Source: Octopus sinensis (taxonomy: Eukaryota). Taken from it: a DNA stretch of 5,003 nucleotides. The DNA lies in contig NW_021830229.1 of assembly GCF_006345805.1 (NCBI RefSeq), positions 1 through 5,003 of the forward strand. Direction: 5' to 3'. How positions within the stretch are numbered: the first letter of the stretch is position 1; each line of letters opens with the position of its first letter. The position numbers and the translations under genes are program-made. Shown here piece after piece: positions 1-5,003 of the stretch. The notes beneath the pieces are model-generated. The model saw only the letters and a list, made by a program, of their open reading frames with translations. It had not been told where the DNA came from and made no database searches.

Positions 1-158
1 TCATGTCACGTTGCTCTGCGGTCACTTCAACAACTAAAGCGTGCTACACCGTGCACTTCTTGTTCAGGCAATGTCGATTTGATGGAGGGAGCGAGCTAAT
101 GTGCCGGTCATTCGGCAAAAGCTGAAACTCATTACATCGTCTTTGACGAGGAGTCCAT

Positions 159-209
159 GATTATTAATACTACTATTACTGTTGTTGTTGCTGTCGTTGT
201 CGTTGTTGT
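159..209. repeat. Compound trinucleotide microsatellite (TTA/CTA/TTG/TCG)n, possibly the tail of an upstream retroposon
   Basis: attattaatactactattactgttgttgttgctgtcgttgtcgttgttg read directly; it explains the N-rich 64..285 ORF. Confidence 0.85.
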
Positions 210-218
210 ATAAGTGAC

Positions 219-441
219 GGCTGCTAGCTGGCAAAATCGTTAGCACTCCGGACAAAACGCTTAGCGGCATTTCATCCGTCTTCACGTTTTATGCTAAAAT
301 TCTGCCGAGGTCGACCTTGCCTTCCCTCCTTTCGAGGTCGATGAAATAAGTACCGGTTACACGCTGGGGTCGATATAATCGACTAGCCTCTCCCCCAAAA
401 TTTCAAGCCTTGTGCCTATAGTAGAAAGGGTTATTATTATT
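219..441 (+). mobile_element. tRNA-derived SINE, family A, copy 1 (full length, (ATT)n tail)
   Basis: Aligns by eye with 456-, 710- and 941- copies. A-box-like TGGCAAAATCGTTAG, eroded B box (atgctaaaattc), central block gtcgaccttgccttccctcctttcgaggtcgatgaaataagtacc, 3' end cctctcccccaaaatttcaagccttgtgcctatagtagaaagg followed by ttattattatt. The central block resembles my recollection of the Meta/MESC-type SINE core. Confidence 0.85.
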
Positions 442-455
442 GATGTATAGATAAA

Positions 456-673
456 GGCGGCTAGCTGGCAGAATCGTTAGAACGCCGGACAAAATGCTTA
501 GCGGGATTTCGTATGCCGTTATATTCTGAGTTCAAATTCCGCTGAAGTCGACCTTGCCTTTCATCCTTTCAAGGTCGGTTAAATAATACCCAGTCGAGCA
601 ATGGTTCTGATGTAAATTGACTATCTGCCTCCCCACCATATGTGCAGGACACAGCGATTTCGAAATTTCAAAC
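456..673 (+). mobile_element. tRNA-derived SINE, family A, copy 2 (more diverged 3' part)
   Basis: Head ggcggctagctggcagaatcgttag, B box GAGTTCAAATTCC at 528-540, core gtcgaccttgcctttcatcctttcaaggtcggttaaataatacc. Its 3' end differs from copies 1 and 4, so the end coordinate is approximate. Confidence 0.8.
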
Positions 674-709
674 ATTCTTAATATCTTTGTAATATCTTTC
701 TTACCCAAA

Positions 710-940
710 GGCCGCAAGCTGGCAAAAACCTTAGCGCGCCGAGCGAAATGCTTAGCGGTATTTCGTCTGCCGCTACATTCTCAGTTCAAATTCCGCCGTG
801 GTTGACTTTGCCTTTCATCATTTCGAGGTCGATTAAATAAGTACCTGTTATGTACTGTGGTCGATGTAATCGACTTAATCCGTGTGTCTGTCCTTGTTTT
901 TCCCCTCTGTGTTTAGCCCCTTGTGGGTAGTAAAGAAATA
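710..940 (+). mobile_element. tRNA-derived SINE, family A, copy 3 (left unit of an apparent dimer, distinct 3' segment)
   Basis: Head ggccgcaagctggcaaaaaccttagc, B box AGTTCAAATTCC at 783-794, core gttgactttgcctttcatcatttcgaggtcgattaaataagtacc, then a different 3' segment ttaatccgtgtgtctgtcc...gtagtaaagaaata. Confidence 0.8.
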
Positions 941-1110
941 GGTATTTCGTCTGTCTTTACGTTCTGACTTCAAAATCCGCCTAGGTCGACTTTGCCTTTC
1001 ATCCTTTCCGAGTCGATAAATTAAGTACCAGTTGCGTACTGGAGTCGATCTAATCGACTGGCCCTCTCCCCCAAAATTTTGGGCCTTATGCCTAGAGTAG
1101 AAAAGTTTAT
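941..1110 (+). mobile_element. SINE family A, copy 4: 5'-truncated unit abutting copy 3 (right unit of the dimer)
   Basis: Starts at ggtatttcgtctg, the same motif as 758-770 in copy 3, so it lacks the A box. It keeps a B-box-like gacttcaaaatcc and the core. Its 3' end ctctcccccaaaattttgggccttatgcctagagtagaaaag matches copy 1 (388-429). Confidence 0.8.
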
Positions 1111-1384
1111 CTTTCGTACCCAGAGTTCAGATGACATTGAAAGCATCTGGTGGGGACATTTCCAGATGAAATACATTGAATTTAATCTGTCCCCGTTTGA
1201 TCCAAGCTGATATTGTAACTATACGTTGGATTTTCATCTCTCTGTGATTGATAAAATAGATACAGTTTTCTACAATCACTTCAATCAGATATATGCTCTC
1301 CAATGATAACTAATCTTGTACCTAACCAAGTGAGGTCACCATTATGATTTTATCAATGATAATAATTATTATAATGAATCTACT

Positions 1385-1560
1385 AAGTACTCGTAGTAAT
1401 TTGGGAGTTTCAATAACCGCAAAGGGAACGACATACCAAATTCATTCACAAGTTATAAATTGACCCGGAGCTATGGTAGAAAATACTTGCTTAAGATGCT
1501 GCGCAGTGAGATTAAACATGAAGCCACGCAGTATCTGAGTAAACTTTTTAACCACACATC
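1385..1560 (-). mobile_element. Degraded tRNA/CORE-type SINE, family B, internally deleted copy
   Basis: 1434-1560 aligns with 3119-3247 in this window (shared aaattc..tca.aa, gctat.g.agaa...acttgct.aa, gcgcagtg.ga, ttaaccacaca). Minus strand reads gatgtgtggttaaaaag...ctcactgcgcagcatcttaagcaagtattttctaccatagc. 1385-1433 only weakly resembles the family's 3' part. Confidence 0.6.
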
Positions 1561-1634
1561 TGTCATCATAAGAAACCCTATTCATTAATTACGTATACAT
1601 ATAACTGAACATCTGGTTATATGTAATTCACATG

Positions 1635-1699
1635 CACACACACACACACACATACACACACACACACACACAACACACACACACACACACACACACACA
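1635..1699. repeat. (CA)n microsatellite
   Basis: Near-perfect CA dinucleotide run. Confidence 0.97.
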
Positions 1700-1854
1700 A
1701 CAAGAGAACGTGCACAAGGAATGTATTAGTTTGATGCTCAGTAAAATGAGAGAATTTTTGACGTTTCGAGCATAGCGCTTTGTCGGAAAGGAGAAAAGGA
1801 AAGGTCCAAAAGAAGGAAAAGAAATCGCCAACAGCACGAGTGTAGTTACATTGC

Positions 1855-1899
1855 CATATTATATATATATATATATATAATATATATTATATATATATA
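1855..1899. repeat. (AT)n microsatellite, left flank of the 1900-2137 insert
   Basis: Slightly interrupted AT run ending abruptly at ...atatac|cggagtaaac. Confidence 0.95.
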
Positions 1900-2001
1900 C
1901 CGGAGTAAACACATATATGTAAACAAGGTGGAAAAAAGAGTACTCAAATACCAGGGGTAGAGTAATATGCTTTATTTAAAAGCAGCAGAAATTCAAGAAA
2001 A

Positions 2002-2044
2002 CCTGTAACTCGGAGTTTCACGTTCCCGTCCGTTCGTCGGACAG
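2002..2044 (-). ncRNA. Minimal type-I hammerhead ribozyme-like motif (core CCGACGA...GAAA, GUU triplet)
   Basis: Minus strand: CTGT (stem I) CCGACGA ACG-gacgggaa-CGT (stem II) GAAA CTCCGAG (stem III, palindromic) TT ACAG (stem I). All elements are in canonical order. It deviates from CUGANGA at position 4 (U to C). Confidence 0.6.
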
Positions 2045-2067
2045 TTTATTTTTTTTTAAAACAAAAA

Positions 2068-2105
2068 TGTCCGACGAACGGGAACATGAAACTCCGAGTA
2101 ACAGG
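2068..2105 (+). ncRNA. Minimal type-I hammerhead ribozyme-like motif (core CCGACGA...GAAA, GUA triplet)
   Basis: TGT CCGACGA ACG-ggaa-CAT GAAA CTCCGAG TA ACA(GG). Predicted cleavage after A2100. Stem II has one C-A mismatch, stem I is only 3 bp, and it has the same U4-to-C core change. Confidence 0.55.
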
Positions 2106-2137
2106 TTTTGTTGAATATCTGCTGCTTTTAAATAAAG

Positions 2138-2146
2138 TAATATATA

Positions 2147-2206
<60 letters not shown>

Positions 2207-2208
2207 TA
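2138..2208. repeat. (AT)n microsatellite, right flank of the 1900-2137 insert
   Basis: Long AT run starting immediately after aataaag; it explains the IY-repeat ORFs. Confidence 0.95.
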
Positions 2209-2320
2209 ATGGAAGTGATGGAGTGCATGCGTGAGCGTTCGGGCATGTATTTCTTATGACAGTCCAGCATGACCACAGCTGTTTGGTACCTACAATTAAT
2301 AAGCTAAATATACAGTCAAG

Positions 2321-2340
2321 ACACACACACACACACACAC
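2321..2340. repeat. (AC)10 microsatellite
   Basis: Perfect acacacacacacacacacac. Confidence 0.95.
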
Positions 2341-2526
2341 GCTCACACTTATAGGTATTACGTACATGAACATGCCTATACCTTATACTTTCATACTTGT
2401 AGAATGAGTTTGATAATTATCTGAAGCATAACATACGCAATGACCTCTATATGACTTCTAAGGTATTTCCACAAATGACGGGGATAGAAAGAAAGAGAAG
2501 GGGTGGAAGAGATAGACACACAGATT

Positions 2527-2571
2527 GTGTGTGAGAGAGGGAAAGGCAGAGACAGACAAAAAGTGTGTTTA

Positions 2572-2608
<37 letters not shown>

Positions 2609-2760
2609 TAGAGGCAGAGACAGACATATAGAGTGTATGTGAGAGAGAGAGAGAGAGAGAGAAGAGAAAAGAGAAAGAGAGAGAGAAAAAGGGGGAGATA
2701 AAATGCGTGTGATACGCAGACAAGGAGAGTGAGAAAAGGAAAGAGGGAAAAGAGAAAACA
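2527..2760. repeat. Compound (TG)n/(GA)n microsatellite and purine-rich low-complexity tract
   Basis: tgtgtgtg...gagagaga blocks repeated with spacers; it explains the SLSL/THTH-rich minus ORFs. Confidence 0.9.
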
Positions 2761-2828
2761 TTCGAAAGATGCAGACACACCATGTCAACCAGGTAAATCT
2801 TGACAGACATGGCTGAAGGAAAATACCT

Positions 2829-3250
2829 TCATTGGAGCGCGGCCATGCTAGGGCACAGCGTAGTATGTTTGAGTCACACAAATCAATCCCAGGACTTTTT
2901 TCTTTACTGCTACTTAGCCTATCGGTCTGTTTTGCCGAACCGCAAAATGAGAGGGACGTAAACGAGCCAACAGCAGTCTTCAAGATGTGTTGGAGGAAAC
3001 ACAAACACAAAGACACGGACACACGTATAAATACATGCATGCACATACACACACACGCCACATACAGACACGCACACAAAAACTATAAATATATAAAGTG
3101 CTTCCTCACTGTTTTCCTCTAACAAATTCCCTCATAACACATTAGCCGGTCTGAAGCTATAGCAGAAGCCACTTGCTCAAACTACCGCGCAGTGGGACTG
3201 AATGTGAGACCATGCTCTTGCAAAGCTATTTTCTTAACCACACAGTCGGT
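2829..3250 (-). mobile_element. tRNA/CORE-type SINE, family B, near full length with an internal (TG/TA)n tract
   Basis: Minus strand: head gactgtgtggttaagaa, B-box-like cattcagtccc, CORE-like gtttgagcaagtggcttct, internal microsatellite about 3000-3095, and 3' part gcggttcggcaaaacagaccgatag...aagtcctgggattgatttgtgtgactc...gtgccctagcatggccgcgctccaatga. A second copy in the window (1434-1560) supports repeat status. Confidence 0.75.
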
Positions 3251-3301
3251 CATTCAGCATAATAAATACCAAATACGGTGCCGGTCTCAGAGAGGATGTC
3301 A

Positions 3302-3327
3302 GGAGCGGCTGTGTGGTAAGTTGCTTG
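3302..3327 (+). mobile_element. 5' head fragment of a family-B SINE, cut off after 26 nt
   Basis: ggagcggctgtgtggtaagttgcttg shares ctgtgtggt(t)aag with the minus-strand heads ending at 3247 and 1560; the similarity stops near 3327. Confidence 0.55.
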
Positions 3328-3838
3328 CCGGTAGGGGTTGTGCCCCAAGGAAGGGGAAAAGACACCGTTGGGGAGAATTGTGCCGCCAACGGTAGAATTA
3401 ACTACCTCGAACCCGGAGTAAGACGAACTATTGGTCTTCTTCAACAGAGGCGGAGAGGTAGGGAGGTGGTGGAAAAGCACCATAAGGGAGTACACTTAAC
3501 CTTCACACAGGATCCCGAATGACCACCTCAGATAGCTGTGGAGGTCATAACGTTGCTTGTGACGTATAGGCTACAGAGACTCAGTGAGGAATATCGCTTG
3601 TGGCCGGGCGACGACGGCTCGGATCTCGCCTCGGTCTTGAATGAGGCGTGGGTGACGGCGGAGTATACGGGCACAAGCGATGTTGGGGAGGAACAGTGAC
3701 AAGAGGTTGAAAAGCCTCAGTGTTATATTGCTTATTGTATAATGTTTAATTGTTATTGTATGTTATTGTGTTTAAGAGGCTTAACGCCCCAATTTTTAAA
3801 TGGACTATTAGTCCAATAATTGTAAAACTGAAGTAAGA

Positions 3839-3859
3839 GGTTCAATACCTCGTTTCGTC
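3839..3859 (-). ncRNA. Possible 3' half of a minimal hammerhead (GAC GAAA C-gag-G TA), 5' half missing
   Basis: Minus strand GACGAAACGAGGTATTGAACC sits 7 nt downstream of the broken PLE endonuclease frame, on the same strand, where a pLTR hammerhead would be expected. The motif is short and no CUGANGA is present. Confidence 0.3.
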
Positions 3860-3866
3860 TTTTTTC

Positions 3867-4171
3867 TGTGAGAACGTAGATAAGGTTCTCGGAGGAACAG
3901 GAGAAGTTGGTCTTGATTTTAAACTTTGTTCCTTATTTGAAAGTAAATTCAGAGCCTTCAAGTAGGAATGGGTAGATGCCACAGTTTGGGCGTGTACACT
4001 TTTTAACCTGTGGGGGTGGATGTGGTGTGAGAAGTTTGGCATTTGTCATGAGTTTTTCCAAAGATTTGTGTTGCCTTTTACATTTAAGGATTTTATGTGT
4101 ATTGATAATGTTATTCACTTTGGGTCTGTGGACAGTAGAGTGAGGTTTTGTATGATTGTGGTATATGCATT
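3867..4171 (-). pseudogene. Decayed Penelope-like element ORF fragment: post-RT region, Cys-rich linker and start of the GIY-YIG endonuclease (Neptune-like)
   Basis: Manual translation: NAYTTIIQNLTLLSTDPK, frameshift at about 4118-4120, VNNIINTHKILKCKRQHKSLEKLMTNAKLLTPHPPPQVKKCTRPNCGIYPFLLEGSEFTFK, stop TAA (3935-3933), GTKFKIKTNFSCSSENLIYVLT. It matches the PLE pattern KRQPxxLxxxLxxAK...KCxxxxCxxC...FxIKxxxxCxSxNLIYxxxC. The third Cys is Tyr (TAC, one base from TGC) and the YIG half is absent. Confidence 0.8.
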
Positions 4172-4477
4172 GCGACGAAAACCGGTTAGAGTTAATATTT
4201 AAAAAAAAAAATTATTTTCCATACACCCATTTTCATTAAAATTTACCTTCAATTTATATATTAACATAGTGTGGTGAAAAATTTTGATCGACTAAAATTA
4301 TCTACGTAATTATTAGAGGAGAATTCCATCTACATGTGCTTAAACATTTAAATACTAATGGAGATATAATAAATCTAATATCATTGTATTGATTTTTCAC
4401 ATACAATATTGCCAAAACAGATGCAAAATTTGGAACAATAAGAAATATATCGTTACGATAAAGACGAGATGACGGCG

Positions 4478-4640
4478 ACGACAACGACAAGGATGACGAT
4501 AATGGCGAAGGTGGTGGTTTTGATGGTGGTGTTGGCGGTGATGATGATGATGATGATGAGAACGACAACGAGAAAGAGGACGACGACCACAATGAAGAAG
4601 AACAAGAAGAAGAAGGACATCAACAACGACGACGAAAAGG
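4478..4640. repeat. Compound trinucleotide low-complexity tract (GAC/AAC/GGT/GAT/AAG)n
   Basis: gacgacaacgacaag...ggtggtggt...gatgatgatgatgat...aagaagaac; it produces homopolymeric pseudo-ORFs in several frames. Confidence 0.9.
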
Positions 4641-4704
4641 AGAATTGCACATTGAAAATATTTTACAAACCGAAAGAAGTAAAGTGAGAAATAGCGGAAA
4701 CGAG

Positions 4705-4850
4705 GGATGAGGGAGAGAGAGAGAAAAAGAGTGAAATAGAGAGGAAGGGAGGGAGAGACATAAACACAGATAAAAACAGAGAGAGTAGGAGGGAAAAAAG
4801 AGAGAGACAGAGAAAGGGGCATGGTGAAGAAGTGGAGAGGGTAGTTGAAA
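4705..4850. repeat. (GA)-rich low-complexity tract
   Basis: gagggagagagagagaaaaagagtgaaatagagaggaaggg... purine-dominated plus strand. Confidence 0.85.
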
Positions 4851-5003
4851 AAGACAGGAAGTAGTTTATTAATATTCCGACACAAAATATTTATAAGGTC
4901 ACGTAAAAAAAAGGAGAGAAATATGACGTTTTGTACTTTTTTTGTACACCTACTACACCGGATGACATTCGTTGGTATACGTGGACATTTCTTCAAACTA
5001 TAG

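Larger units (their letters stand above)
1900..2137 (-). mobile_element. Penelope-like element terminal-repeat (pLTR) remnant with an inverted partial copy, inserted in (AT)n
   Basis: Arms 1970-2043 and 2068-2137 are reverse complements (66/70 identical plus one 4-nt indel) around a 24-nt T/A spacer. Each arm has a hammerhead-like motif followed by AATAAA (minus 1976-1971; plus 2131-2136). The minus arm extends 70 nt further, to 1900. An inverted partial pLTR with minimal hammerheads is established PLE architecture; the assignment here is inference. Confidence 0.7.

Noticed and set aside
1-158. Possible 3' end of another interspersed repeat ending in the simple-repeat tract
   Set aside because: No second copy or diagnostic motif within the window, so it cannot be supported without a repeat-library search.
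532-805. ORFs 532..717 and 617..805
   Set aside because: They lie within SINE copies 2 and 3; short, with no recognisable protein.
219-1110. Repeated ~45-nt core with intervening sequence, superficially CRISPR-like or tRNA-cluster-like
   Set aside because: The repeat unit is over 160 nt, diverged and irregularly spaced, with no cas genes and no complete tRNA cloverleaf. It is explained as SINE copies.
1125-1180. Short imperfect direct repeat cagatgacattgaa / cagatgaaatacattgaa
   Set aside because: Too short and AT-rich to interpret. It has no CUGANGA core and no convincing hammerhead stems.
2391-3079. Overlapping minus-strand ORFs, including the longest one (210 aa, 2447..3079)
   Set aside because: They are built from (CA)/(GA) microsatellites and a SINE, giving SLSL/CVCV/THTH low complexity with no domain signal.
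2832-3122. 96-aa plus ORF with a signal-peptide-like hydrophobic stretch (LFSLLLLSLSVCFAE)
   Set aside because: It is the antisense reading of the family-B SINE and its internal microsatellite.
3690-3730. TG...CA-type ends and a purine run (ggggaggaa) suggesting an LTR boundary
   Set aside because: No second LTR, primer-binding site or correctly placed polypurine tract is visible.
3842-4042. 66-aa minus ORF, and plus ORF 4020..4202
   Set aside because: Alternative frames overlapping the PLE pseudo-ORF; the PLE-like motifs are in the 3933..4118 frame.
4302-4996. ORFs with poly-S, poly-H, poly-V, poly-T or poly-M runs (up to 199 aa)
   Set aside because: Translation artefacts of trinucleotide and GA-rich tracts that are open in several frames at once.

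Overview
Non-coding, repeat-dense eukaryotic DNA with no intact host gene. The SINE families look like those I recall from octopus/cephalopod genomes; this is an inference from remembered consensus shapes, not a database hit. Contents: (i) four same-orientation tRNA-derived SINE units, family A, at 219-1110; (ii) two minus-strand copies and one 26-nt head fragment of a second tRNA/CORE-type SINE, family B; (iii) many microsatellites, which explain most of the supplied ORFs; (iv) a decayed Penelope-like element (PLE) ORF fragment on the minus strand (3867-4171) covering the post-RT region, the Cys-rich linker and the start of the GIY-YIG endonuclease; (v) the best signal, a 238-bp insert between two (AT)n tracts (1900-2137). 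This insert has ~70-bp inverted arms, each carrying a minimal type-I hammerhead-like motif with the same non-canonical core CCGACGA and a downstream AATAAA. A GC-rich, hairpin-dense segment at 3328-3710 remains unexplained.
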